Positions 1 through 14,266 of a DNA stretch of 64,000 nucleotides are shown here, in pieces. The notes below the pieces were generated by a model. That model did not search any database and was not told the DNA's origin. It saw only the letters and a program-made list of their open reading frames with translations. Position 1 is the stretch's first letter, and the number at the start of each line of letters is the position of its first letter. Source of the stretch: the human T2T-CHM13v2.0 reference genome, Homo sapiens; assembly GCF_009914755.1 (NCBI RefSeq), contig NC_060938.1. The stretch is one strand, 5' to 3'. The translations under genes were made by a program, and so were the position numbers.

Positions 1-616
1 CAGGATTCTACCAGGGCTGCCCGGCTTCAAAGCCATGGACACACTTACTTGTCAGGATACCCACCACCTGATGGCACAGCTTACAAGGGGAAAACAGATT
101 CTGTGAAGGATCTTAGTTCCCTTATCTCTTCAAGTCAGGATGGGGAGCTTCAGAGGGCAGAGAGGTACTCATGGATCAGACAAAGGATTGGAACGAGAAA
201 GGGGTGACCATAGCAGGTGCCATAGCTGTGGGAAGATAGAGGGACTGGGGCAGAGTTTGGAAGGTCTTAGGGACTAGAAGGGTGCAGCCTGGGGAGAGCC
301 CCTGCAATTGGCTTAGCCTCTCCAAAGTAGAACCCCTGAGGTCAGGGAAATTCTTGGTGTTATTTATTATACCCTAGAGAGCTCTATGCAAAGGGAGCAG
401 GACCACCCACTTGGGATGGAGTACCTTGCAGGAGTAAAATAAATGAAATTGATCAGTATATATATATATCAGTATGAAAGGAGCTGAAAAATATGATGTT
501 AGGGAGGAAAAGAACTGCATTGCAGAATTGATGATTTAGTATGATACCATTTATGTAAATTAAAATAATACAAAACAATTCCATATATCATCCTTGGGTG
601 TGTCTATGTGTGTGTG

Positions 617-628
617 TGCGCATGCGCA
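617..628. promoter_or_regulatory. Perfect NRF1 consensus site TGCGCATGCGCA
   Basis: Exact match to YGCGCAYGCGCR. Occupancy unknown. Confidence 0.4.
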
Positions 629-659
629 CATATACATCTCAAAGTATAAAAGTGGAACT

Positions 660-1321
660 GGCCAGGCACACTTGCTCATACCTGTAATCCCAGCACTTGG
701 GGAGACTGAGGCAGGAGGACTGGTTGAGCTTAGGAGTTTGAGACCAGCTTGGGTAACATAGTAAGCCTCTGTCTCTACAAAAATTTGTTTTTAATTAGCC
801 AGGCATGGTGGCATGCACCGAGTAGTCCCAGCTACTCTGGAGGCTGAAGTGGGAAGATTGCTTGAGTCTGGGAGGTCATGAGGCTGCAGTGAGCTATGAT
901 CATGCCACTGCACTCCAGACTGGGCTATAAAGTGAGACATGTATTAGTCCGTTTTCACGCTGCTGATAAAGGCATACCTGAGACTGGGCAATTTACAAAA
1001 GAAAGAGGTTTATTTGGACTTACAGTTCTACATGGCTGGGGAAGCCTCACAATCATGGCAGAGGATGAAAGGCAGTGGCAAGAGAGAATGAGGAGGAAGC
1101 AAAAGTGGAGACCCCTGATAAAGCCATCAGATCTCGTGAGACTTATTCACTATCACAAGAATAGCACGGGAAAGATGATTCAGTTACCCACATTGATTCA
1201 GTTACCTCCCATTGGGTCCCTCCCACAGCATGTGGGAACTCTGAGAGATACAATTGAAGATGAGATTTGGGTGGGGACACAGCCAAATCATATCATCTGT
1301 TTCCAAAAAAAGAAAAAAAAA
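660..1321 (+). mobile_element. AluJ-type SINE interrupted near its 3' end by a THE1 LTR
   Basis: Alu body 660-939. The remainder (tctgtttcc + A tail) resumes at 1296. Confidence 0.85.
940..1295 (-). mobile_element. THE1-family (ERVL-MaLR) solo LTR
   Basis: TGTATTAGTCCGTTTTCACGCTGCTGATAAAG ... GGGGACACAGCCAAATCATATCA termini. Confidence 0.9.
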
Positions 1322-1468
1322 GAAGACCAAAGAAGATACACAGCGCACTTATGACAGTGAGTGTCCTGGAGAAGGATGGGAGAGAGGATCAAAAGAGAGT
1401 GTGACTTTATCTGTAATGTTTTGTTTCTGTTGTTTTTGTGGTTTTGTTTGTTTGCTTCAGTTTTTTTA

Positions 1469-1801
<333 letters not shown>

Positions 1802-2309
1802 CTAACAAAATATAAACAGTTGTTAATTCTGGTGGCAGTGCAAGTAATAGTATTCTTTGTCTTTGTCCTTTTTGGAATAAAAAAACTCTGATTTTAAAGC
1901 ATGTTTAAAGTAAAAGGAAAGAGCGAGCTTGTGACTTAAGGTTGCTGGATCTCAGCTGATTGAGAAGGAGGGTGCAGTGGAGGACTGAAGGCAAAATGCC
2001 TGTTCCCCCAAGCCTGTCACGCACGTGGCACTGTGGTCACTTGCCTGGAGGACAATCAAAGTGATTCTCGATTCTTCTGAACCTGAAGATCAACCCTGAT
2101 GGACTGGCATTGAAGGCACTGGTCATGGAGAAAGGACTTCCCTGCTGAGAGCCAAGGCAAGAGAGACGAGATCCCAGGACCTGCAGGCCAATCTGTAAAA
2201 GGGCTGAATAGTCAAAATGGGTGTGTCTTCATGAAGGACAAATGACAAATTCTTTTGATAGAAAGGTATGAGATCAAAGACAAAAAGCCTTTATTATTAT
2301 ATTTTCTCC

Positions 2310-3093
2310 TTTTTTTATTATTATGCTTTAAGTTCTAGGGTACATGTGCACAACGTGCAGGCTCGTCACATATGTATACATGTGCCATGTTGGTGTGCTG
2401 CACCCGTTAACTCGTCATTTACATTAGGTATATCTCCTAATGCTATCCCTCCCTGCTCCCCGCCACCCCATGACAGGCCCCGGTGTGTGATGTTCCCCAT
2501 CCTGTGTCCAAGTGTTCTCATTGTTCAGTTCCCACCTATGAGTGAGAGCATGCAGTGTTTGGTTTTCTGTCCTTACAATAGTTTGCTCAGAATGATGGTT
2601 TCCAGCTTCATCCATGTCCCTACAAAGGACATAAACTCATCCTTTTTTATGGCTGCATAGTATTCCATGGTGTATGTGTGCCACATTTTCTTAATCCAGT
2701 CTATCATTGTTGGACATTTGGGTTGGTTCCAAGTCTTTGCTATTGTGATTAGTGCCACAATAAACATACGTGTGCATGTGTCTTTATAGCAGCATGATTT
2801 ATAATCCTTTGGGTATATACCCAGTAATGGGATGGCTGGGTCAAATGGTATTTCTAGTTCTAGATCCTTGGGGAATTGCCCCACTGTCTTCCACAATGGT
2901 TGAACTAGTTTACAGTCCCATCAACAGTGTAAAAGTGTTCCTATTTCTCCACATCCTCTCCAGCACCTGTTGTTTCCTGACTTTTTAATGATCGCCATTC
3001 TAACATTTATGCAGCCAACAGACACATGAAAAAATGCTCATCATCACTGGCCATCAGAGAAATGCAAATCAAAACCACAATGAAATACCATCT
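2310..3093 (-). mobile_element. 5'-truncated L1PA (about L1PA3/4-like) with 5' inversion
   Basis: L1 3'UTR and ORF2 C-terminus on the - strand at 2310-3004 (ORF 2573..2896 is an ORF2 C-terminal peptide). The adjacent upstream ORF2 piece is on the + strand at 3003-3093 ([19 protein letters not shown]). Confidence 0.93.
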
Positions 3094-3390
3094 TTTTTTT
3101 TTTTTTTTTAGAGACAAGCCCTCCCTCTGTGACCCAGGCTGGAGTGCTGTGGTGCTATCAAAGCTCACTATAACCTCCAACTCCTGGGCTCAAGTATCTA
3201 CCCACCTCAGCCTCAGCCTGTAGCTAGGACTACAGGTGCACACCACCATGCCCGGCTAATTTTTAAATGTTTTGGAAAGACGGGGTCTCACTATGTTACC
3301 CAGGCTGGGCTTGAACTCCTAGGCTCAAGCAGGCCTTCCACTTTGGCCTCCCAAAGTCCTAGGATTACAGGCGTGAGCCACCACACTGGT
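3094..3390 (-). mobile_element. AluJ
   Basis: Poly-T followed by a diverged antisense Alu dimer. Confidence 0.88.
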
Positions 3391-3728
3391 CATATTCTGT
3401 CCCTTTAGACATAATATGTGTTTAATTTACAAGGCAGGAAATCAAAAGGAAGGAAATAAAAATCACCCCAAATCCTACCATTCAGGGTTACTGCTATTAA
3501 TGTTTTGGCAAATAATTGATTCAGATCTTTTTTGATTGATTTTTAAAAAAAGGAAATTATAGATTCTATACTGTTTGTAACTTGTTCTTTTTATTTAACA
3601 CTATATCACGAATACTCTTCTGTATCATAATCTTCTTCCAAATATTTTTAAATGTCTGTCTAGGATTTCGTTGTTGTCTACTGTTCCATAGACTATATAA
3701 TCACAGTTCATAAATGATGAATGTTTAG

Positions 3729-3803
3729 ATTAGGTTGGACTATATAATGTTGTATTTTAGGTAAAAAATTGTCAAATTGGCAGTTTCGTATGGTCTAACC
3801 AAA
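3729..3803. mobile_element. MADE2-like mariner MITE
   Basis: About 75 bp with degenerate TIRs ttaggttggactatat...cgtatggtctaaccaa. Confidence 0.55.
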
Positions 3804-3913
3804 TGTGTTGTCCGTGTTTCATAGTTATAAACAACACAGTGAGCATTCCTGAAGGCAAATCTTTGCACATAGCATTGATTAATTCCTTAGATAAATACCT
3901 CAAAATAAATTGT

Positions 3914-4474
<561 letters not shown>

Positions 4475-5089
4475 AAGGTAACGATAGCACTACCTTTTAG
4501 AGTTGTTAAGATGAGACAATCTTTTGTAAATCTCAGAACATTGTCCACAGTAAGTGTGTTCAATAAATGTTATGTAGATCTCCACTGAAAAAGCATTGGT
4601 TTTCTTGTGTGCAACGAGCACTAAGCTAGAAGCTGGTTTACAAGGATAAGTAAGACCCAGTTCCTGCCCTCAAGTTGCTCAGCCCTGTAAGGGACTGAGT
4701 GGGTGTGGGAAGGGCTGTGGGGACCGTGTCAGGGCGTATGCCGAGTATAGCACAGTCTTGGACAGCTTCACTGAGGGCTGAATCTTTGAAGATGAGCATG
4801 TGCTTGGTGGACACAGGAAGGAACATCAGGTGAGGGGTGTGGCAAAGGCTTGGCGTAGTAACCCCAATTCCATCTTGTAGGGTCATCTCATGGGATTGTA
4901 GCCTGAATGGAGGGGGCCTAGGCCAAGAAATAAGACTGGGCTGTTGGGGGAAGAGACTGCAACTTCACCCTGAAGCTGGTACTTATTCTGTTCCCAAGCC
5001 ACACAGACTACAGGAGAGCCCAGCCTAGAATAACCTACTCATGTTCCCTATGCAACAGAAATAATGGTGCCTGGTATTGATTTATTTTT

Positions 5090-5712
5090 CCTATTTTTAA
5101 AATTTTGTATTGTAGTAAAATACATATAAGATAAACTTTACCATCTTAACCATTTTTAAATGTACAATTCAATGGCATTAAAGACATTCACATTGTTGTG
5201 TGACCATCACTACCATTCATCTACAGAGCTCTTTCATCTTCCCAAACTCAAAGTCTATGCCCATTAAACACTAACTCCCCATTTCCCCTCTCCCTAGCCC
5301 TTGGAGGCTACTATCCTACTTTCTGTCTCTATGACTGTGACTACTCTAGGTACCTCATATAAGTGGAATCCTGTAAGTGGTGTCTTTTGTGATGGCTCAT
5401 TTCATTCAGTGTAGTGTTCTCAGTGTTCATCCATGTTGTAGCATGTGTCAGAATTTCCTTTTTTTAAGGCTGAATAATAAATACTCCTATGTATGTCTAT
5501 GCTACATTTTGTTTATCCATTCATCCATCAGTGAACCTCCCGGGCTGCTTCGACATTTTGGCTAATGTAAATAATGGTGCTGCAAACATGGTGTACAAGT
5601 GTCTGTGCAAGACGCTGCTTTCTGTTCTTTGGGGTATATATGCAGAAGTGGAATTCCTGGATCATATGGTAATTCTATTTTTAATTTTTTGAGGAATCAC
5701 CATAACTTTTTC
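5090..5712 (-). mobile_element. Old L1 3' end (L1MB-like)
   Basis: Typical antisense L1M 3'UTR text (taaaatttaccatcttaaccatttttaa...gaattcctggatcatatggtaattctat). Confidence 0.75.
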
Positions 5713-7645
5713 TTACCGTTTTAGCTGGATAAGGGAGCTGAGGCATCCAGCAGAGTGCCCACCCCTAGAAAGTATACAATGAACATTGTTGCCTGGATGA
5801 GGCCCATGGAGGTTGAGTCACTTGCCCAAGGTCCCAGAGTTGGTGGCAGATTGGGGGAACATCCAGATTCGAATCCAGAGGGCAACTCCAGGGCCCAAAG
5901 GCTATTTACCTCCAGGTTGTATAGCTCCCTGAGAGGGCCTGGCTCCATCAGTTTCATGATGTTTTCTCTTCCCTTTCCTCCCCTTGGGGAAGAAGCTGAG
6001 GTTACAGCCCTTAGGGGAGCCCCCACTGCCTTCGCTGCAGTGAGTTGTAAAGGTGGCCAAACTGCTCATGGCTAATAAAAACACGGAGTCTTCGCCACAT
6101 GCCCACACCAACCCCCGAGACCAGGGCAGCAGCTGCTGTGCACCAACCCAACTGTGCTACAGATTGCTTTTCCTTAGCTGTTCCTTGTATACCCAGTGGA
6201 CAGAGTCCGCGATCGTACTTGACCTCCACAGTGCCTGGTCCATCGTGAGCACCTGGGGACTCTGCAGTGGTTGAACCTACAGGGCCTACTGTGTGTCACA
6301 CCCAGACCAAAAAGCTTGACACTTTCTCTGATTTAATGCAGTGAACAAGGAACTGTCAGTATCTCCATTTTGCAGATGAAAAAACTGAGACTCAGAGAGG
6401 GTGTGACAGCTAATCAGTCACAGTGCTAGGATATACAGCAGACATCTGGGCTCCTAACCACACAGGCATATAAAGACGGGGAGAACCTAATTCAGCTCCA
6501 GACCTTGTTAGGTGTGCAGGGTCCCACTCAGAGTCCCCAAAGCACCCCTGGATTGGGATGGAGGAAAAGGATGAGAGGAAAAGAAGGACAATTGCAAAGC
6601 TGGTGGACCCAGTGCTCTGCTTGTCTGCCCTCCCCGCTTTCAATGTTCTGTGAGCCTGGCGGTGGAAATCTCTCTCCTTTGTTGCCAGCAGGGCTGGAGG
6701 CTGCATCCCTGTGTAGTCATGACACCAGCTGAACCCTCCACTCCTGGGCTTCATGTGCTCACGTGACCCCAAGGAGAAGTGGCTTGTTAAAGAACTCTGA
6801 CGTCAGCCTTTCTCCATCCCAGCACACAGACATGTGCCATTTCTGAGACCTGATATTTTACAAGCCTGTATTGAAGAACCCAATACAGTCTCCCATTACT
6901 CCAGACACAGTCCTCTGCCCGAGGGTGGGTGCTGGGTAGGAGCTGAGACTGTCCCCAGTGCCTGTCTAAACCCCAAGTAACCATGAGGGTCATTAAAGAA
7001 ACAACACTCATTCTGAAATTGCCTCCTGTTGGTAAGTATTTGCATGCACAGAGCACTTCAAAGACTAAGTGTTAGGATTATGAATTTTCATACGTTACAT
7101 CATGGGGTTTGTCCCAGAGAAACTATGAGAAACGTCAGCCTTGACGAAGACGATGTCTGCACTAGCTGGGCTTTGTTTTCTTTATGTGAAGACAACTCAA
7201 GTTGCATGGTGAGGTTTCATCGCTTTCAGAGAGGCTGTAACCTGGGACCACCTGCATCCCCTGGAGGCGATTCCTTGAGTAGTTCCCTTGCCCGCTGCCT
7301 GTGTGGACACAGTGTTGTGTGGCGTTGGAGTGCACAGGCCTGGAGTCAACCAGACCTGGATTCGAGTCCCCGACTTTCCTCATCTCCTATTGTTCCCTCC
7401 ATGCACTGTGCTCCTTCCACACTGACCTCCTTTCTTTCCAACAGGACCTCAAGTTGTCCTGCCTTGGGCGCTTTGCACAGGCCATCCTCTCTGCCTAGAA
7501 CACCCCTAGCTCCTCAGATCTGACCATGGTTGGCTCCTCTCTCCAGCCCTCTCCAGCCTGTACCTTGCTTTGTTGCCTTCCCCACGATGATCGCCCTTGG
7601 AAATGATTTTTTTAGGGTTCCCTTTTATAAGGATAATGTGAACAT

Positions 7646-7720
7646 GGGCCCTGTATCTGCCTAAGTGCGGGCCCTGTATCTGCTCTAAGTGCAGGCCCCG
7701 TATCTGCTCTAAGTGCAGGC
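7646..7720 (+). repeat. Minisatellite, about 3 x 24 bp (GGGCCCTGTATCTGCTCTAAGTGC)
   Basis: Three near-identical tandem units read directly. Confidence 0.9.
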
Positions 7721-7735
7721 TTAAGAATTTGTCCT

Positions 7736-7737
7736 AT

Positions 7738-7768
<31 letters not shown>

Positions 7769-8053
7769 TTTGAGACAGAGTCTCCCTCTGTTGCCCAGGC
7801 TGGAGTGCAGTGGTGCTATCTTGGCTCACTACAACGTCCGCCTCCCAGGTTCAAGCAATTCTCCTGCCTCATCCCTCCTGAGTAGCTAGGATTACAGGTA
7901 CACACCACCAACCTGGCTAATTTTTGTATTTTTGGTAGAGATGGGGCTTCACCATGTTGGCCAGGCTGGTCTCAAACTCCTGACCTCAAGTGATTCTCCC
8001 AACTTTGCCTCCCAAAGTTTTGGGATTACAGGTGTGAGCCACTGCACCTGGCC
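7736..8053 (-). mobile_element. AluS with (TTTA)n tail
   Basis: Antisense Alu preceded by (TTTA)~9. Confidence 0.92.
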
Positions 8054-9792
8054 GAGATGATTTTTTATATGTTCTCTACTGCTCTCCATCCCACCTCTTC
8101 CACTAGCATTACAGCTCATGAGGGGCAAGGCCATCTGTGGTGTTCACTTCTGTACCACCATATCAGCACCTGCCATGCAGATACCTGTAAATTTGTGCAG
8201 TTACCATGGAGCAAGTGATCTCACCTTTCTCAGACTCGGTTTCTTCATCAATAAAATGAGCATGATTAAGGTCACAGAATTACATGAAAAGACACTATGG
8301 ACACATTAGTACGATCCACAAATGATGGATCACTAATGTCAGTCACTTGGGTTCCTTGAGCGCATCAGGGAGTGCACCTAGTTTAGCTGCATCAGGTCCT
8401 GGACAGTGCCTGGCACTTGGTGGGCACACAGTAAATGTTGCCTGAATCGGAGGGAGGCTGGCCAGTATTGATATGGCTGCAGTTTCTTTGCTCACTTGGT
8501 CTTTCATAGTCTGCATCACCCATGTTGTGGTTGCTAGGATAATGGTTTGTCTACCAGGGTCACACTTGGCCTCTTACGAGTCCTGACTCTTGGGCTCAGG
8601 CTGGTGAGGAGCTTTGTGTAATGTGCCAGGGAGCTTTTCCAAGGTAGGATAGACAGGATGGTAGTCATCACAGGGATGAAGACCACCGATGCTGGAATCT
8701 AACTGTCTGGGTTCAAATTTAGCTCTATCACTTACTAGCTGTGTGACCTCAGGCAAGTTACTTAACCTCTCTATGCCTCATACCTACATCACAGGGTAGT
8801 TAAGAAGATTTGATTATTTACTCTAAGTGGTGCTGTTAGAATGGTGCCCAACACTTAGTAAGTGCTGCATTCATTTTGTTTGTATTACTGTCCCTCTGCT
8901 TTCTCGTCTTCCCTGTGTCATGTATTCATTCATTTAAGATATATTCATTATGCACCTACTATGTGTCATGAACTGTACAGGGGGCTGGCAAATCAAAGAT
9001 GAACAAGACATTCTAGCTCCTGTCTTCAAGTTGCTTACAGTAAGGTGGGAATCGGTGATAACAGAGGCATGGATAAATACCAGGAGAGGGTGTGCTTAAG
9101 AATGATTTGGCTCATCCTTACCCATCCTGATTTGGAAAAATGGATTCCTGCTTTTTGGGTGCTCACACCTGCCCTGCTATACAAACTTTGACCCTCTCCT
9201 AAGACTAGACTCAACTTCTCAGGGCTGGACCTCCTCCTTATCTTCCCCCAAACACCTGCTGCAGTTCCTCGAGAAAGGGATGCCTGCTCTTCAGGCACAA
9301 GGAAGCAGAGCCACCACTTCAATGCCAGCAGCCAGGCCATCCTGCTACCCTCCAGACTCCAGAGGCGAGTGGGCCCATCAGCAGCAGCAAGGAGAGAGAG
9401 ATCAATGCACCTGTCTCAGGAGCTGCACACAGATAGGTATAAGGAGGCACTCCCAGCAGCGTGTCAGCTCCAGGGCTGTAACTTCCAGTTAACTCACCCC
9501 GTGTGGCGTGTGCAGACGAAGGTGACATTGGGGAGCCAGGGCCAGGAGGCTTTTACACGTGGCTGCTCACTCATGACAAATAATGCTCCCGGGTGGAAAA
9601 CTTGCCACCCACCCTGGACAGGACTCTGGGGCCTTCACTGAGCACCTGCTTCAGTACAGGAACCTCTTATTCAGCAAAATGCTGTGACTTGCGGCTTCAT
9701 AATATGGTGAATTCTGGTTCCACAACTTACTAGCTGTGTGAACGTGGGCAAAGTATACCTCTGTTCTGTTTCCTCAGTCACAAAACGGGGAC

Positions 9793-10453
<661 letters not shown>

Positions 10454-11392
10454 GGGACTATAAAAGTGCCTGCTGTGGGAATAGGATTGTCAGGGGGATC
10501 AAATGAGATTACACCTCTAAAATGTGTAGTGTCATGTGTGGTTTTCTCATCATTACTGTTGTCATTATTGTTATCATCTTCCAGGAGCAGTGAGGTCATG
10601 CTGATAGCCCATCACACACGGAAGCAGGATGGCTCCCATTTAAGAAAGATCCTTTAATTTTTATGCCACACTGTCAATTTTGTACCTGCACAATGTACCA
10701 TCGTCTACATTTCCATTGTAGGCACCATTGTAGCTGGGGCTGTGGCAGTCGCATGGAGAAAGGGCCTGTTTGACCCTCAGAGAAAGAGGGTTTTGTGAGG
10801 ACACCAGAGAACTGGAACTGCAGTTGAAAGGGGAGGAAGCTGAGCCCCCCTCTCCATCTGTCCCTCAGGGACGGTGCCATCTCTCACACAGAGTTTCTTC
10901 ATCTTCTGGATACACACCCCCTACCCCTCACTAGCTCTGGCTTTTCCACACTTCTGCTGGCACATGGCATGCAACCATAGTGACCCCAACCCAGATCTGC
11001 CTCATGGCCCCTCAGCTCAGCATCCTGGTCTGACTCCCCCACCCGCCCCAGTGCAACCAGTTTCCCACTTCTCGAAAGAGCCTCTGGTAGGTGTGGCCTA
11101 CCCTGCCAAGCCAGGCCAAAGAGGTTAAAGATCACTCTTTAACCAGCACCTGGCTGGCTTGCCTTTGGGTGAGGTGCCCAGCCTGGGCAACTCACTGTGG
11201 CCAGGTGCTCAGAACCACAGGGCACAGAACTCATAGGGTAGGACAACAAAGGGTAGGGCACGCGGGACAAGGGCAGAATCCTGTAAGAAGGGATAGATGA
11301 GGGAACTTTCTGGAATGATATTACTGCTCTATTTCTTGGTAGGGATTTGGACTACCCAGGTGTATGCACTTACCAAAATTCATCCAAAGGCA

Positions 11393-11693
11393 CTTTTTTT
11401 TTTTTTTTTGAGATGAAGTCTCGCTATTGTAGCCCAGGCTGGAGTGCAATGGTGTGATCTCAGCTCACTGCAACCTCTGGCTCCCAGGTTTCAAGTGATT
11501 CTCCTGCCTCAGCCTCCGGAGTAGCTGGGATTACAGGTGCCTGCCACCACGCCTGGCTAATTTTTGTATTTTTAGTAGAGATGGGGTTTCACCATGTTAA
11601 CCAGGCTGGTCTCAAACTCCTGACCTCAGGCAATCTGCCTGCCTCAGCCTTCCAAAGTGCTGGGATTACAGGCATGAGCCACTGCGCCCGGCC
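11393..11693 (-). mobile_element. AluS
   Basis: Antisense dimer, TSD AAAGGCACT. Confidence 0.92.
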
Positions 11694-13974
11694 AAAGGCA
11701 CTCTTATTTGTGCATTTTACACACACATAACTCCTACTTAAGAATATGCATGTGAAGGGTTTAAGTGAAATATACTGAGGTCTACAGCTTCCTTTGAAGT
11801 GCACCAAAAAATCAGGATGGGTTGACTGACAGATGAAAGGATGGTTAGAGGAGAGCTGTATGATCAAGCAAATATAGCAAAATGTTAACAGTGGGATCCA
11901 GATGGGTGTTCACTATACAACTCTTTCAACTTCTCAGAATGTTTGAAAAATTTTATAATAAAATGTCGATGTTTTAATAAAAAAAAGAAAGGGAGTGTGA
12001 TCAGGCAGGTCTTGACTGGCATCTCCACACAATTTGCCCTCTTTCCAGTCAAAAACACAGGACCCGTCTACCCCAGGCCTGCCACAGAACACACGGCATC
12101 TTCTTGACCAGTGTAGCCCCCATCAGTGAATCAAGAGACTTTCCCGGACATATGAGTCACTCACCATTCCTGGTTTTCCAGATCAAGACCCCACACACCT
12201 CACCATGGTTTGTGACTCTGCCCACTGTTGGTCCATCTTTGTGCAATTACAACTCTGCATCACACCCTTCACTTTCATAGGGCCCCTTTGAGCATCTTTT
12301 GTACAATTGCCATTGACATCATTGTATCTCCACTGTGTGAAATACATCCCAGAGATAAAATCCCTGTTGGTTCCCTGGGGACAGGAGCCTCAGGTCTGGT
12401 TGCTGTTGCAGGCCCAGCACAGTGGCTGCCTAGCCAGATGCTCAGTAAGTGTTTACTGGCTAAACGCAAGGATGAGTGAACTGTAGAATTCAGTGCAAGA
12501 AAGAAGTGTTTATCTCCTGACGTTTGGGTAATCTTTCTTTTTAGCAAACAGAACTGAGTAGCACACAGCGTTTCCCTTTTGGTGCAATATAGCAACTACA
12601 ACTGCTCCCGTAGCCTGAGCTCCCTCACTGGAAGTGGGAGGGGGTACCTGCTCCCTCCCTTACACGTCTCTGGATGTTTTGTCTCCCTGTGAGTAATGCT
12701 CCAGGGAATACATAATAAATAAGTGAATAGAAATCAAGTCCAACCTCCAGAGAGATTAAGTGACTTGTCCAAAGGCAAACAGCCATCTGCTGGCCAGCAC
12801 AGCCAACACGGAGCCCGCCTTTCCTACCTGCACTTTTTTCTCCTGGACCACACTGCCTCTTGTGTTCAGATTTGAGGTGAAAACACAGCTTGGAAATGAT
12901 GCAGCTGCCTCTGAGTGAGATACGCTAACCAAAAATCCTAACTGCAGGGCCCAAATCCTGTAGAAAATTTTCCTCTTGATCCTCGCCTGGGTATTTGGTG
13001 ACTAATTCTGAGGACTCAGAGAAAACCCTCCATAGCACCAGGAGCTCTGAATTCTCCCTGAAGTTTCTCAAGTCCTCAAAGACTGAAGTGCTAAGAGCCA
13101 AAAGTGTTTCTTGGGATCAGTGACCCTCCAAGTCCAAAGCAAACTAACAGTGTCTGCCACTGCCTAGCTCAATTCTTTGTGTACTGCTTTCCAGCAGGGA
13201 CTGAAAGAAGGGCCAGTCAAATCTAGGAAGTGACCTGGACAGCCGCCTAGTGGCCTAATTTACAGGGGGAGGAAATGAAGGTCAGGAGAGAGTACCATTT
13301 GTTTAAAGTTGCACAGCTTGTTTGGACAGACTAGGGCTGGAATCCAGGCCTCCTGGCTTCCAGCATCCCGGCAGGACTCTTCCCACTACCCCCTGCTGCG
13401 TCTTTAGAAAGCCACAGGGCACTTGTTCTGCATTAAGGCAAACCAGAAGGCAGTTGGAACAGGTTGACAGCCTGCAGCAAAGAAACCTCTGATGCAATTG
13501 GTGGTGAATGAATTTTAGTGGGGATGCTGCCAAACCTGACCCCCATTGACACAGGAGGCCCATGTGAAACAGCGGCTCTCCCACCAGTAACCCTGGCCCC
13601 TATGCTTTCCCAACACCCAGCAGGCTGGCCACGTTTCCTTCATTCATTTTGCATTGACCGAGCACCTAGCCAGGCCTGGCGAGTTGCAGCACCAGGCCTC
13701 ACTAGTTTACCACCTGGAATTACTCAGAGAAAATGAGATTAATGGGCCCTTCCTAGGCTATCTCTTCAAGGATCAGAACTTCCAGTCGGTTTCAATCAAC
13801 CCAGAACTCTGTAGATTGGAAAATAGCTTCCACAGCATCAGAGACTTCAAAACTCAATATGAGGTCCAGAAAAACCAACACCTGGAGAATGAGAGAACCC
13901 ACATGTGGAGCAGGGGCATATTTGAGTCTGGTGTTGGCATGGGCTGTCATCCTAGCGAGTGGATAGAAGTCTTA

Positions 13975-14266
13975 TTTTTTTTTTAGAGACGAGGTCTCAC
14001 TCTGCCACCCAGGTGGGAGTGCAGTTGTGTGATCACAGCTCACTGCAGCCTCAACCTCCTGAGCTCAAGTGATCCTCCTGCCTCAGCCTCCTGGGTAGCT
14101 AGGACTATAGGCACACACCCCCATGCCTGGCTAATTTTTAAATTTTTTGTAGAAACAGGGTCTCGCCCTGTTGCCCAGGCTGGTCTCAAACGCTTGGCCT
14201 GAAGCAATCCTCCTACCTCGGCCTCCCAGAGTGCTAGGATTACAGGCGTGGGTCACCATACCCAGT
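13975..14266 (-). mobile_element. AluJ
   Basis: Antisense dimer, TSD ATAGAAGTCT. Confidence 0.88.

Noticed and set aside
2573-2896. 107-aa L1 ORF2 C-terminal ORF
   Set aside because: Part of a truncated L1 with no promoter, endonuclease or RT domain, so not an active element.
7646-7720. 24-bp repeats as a possible CRISPR-like array
   Set aside because: The units are contiguous with no spacers, the context is a eukaryotic intron, and there are no cas genes.
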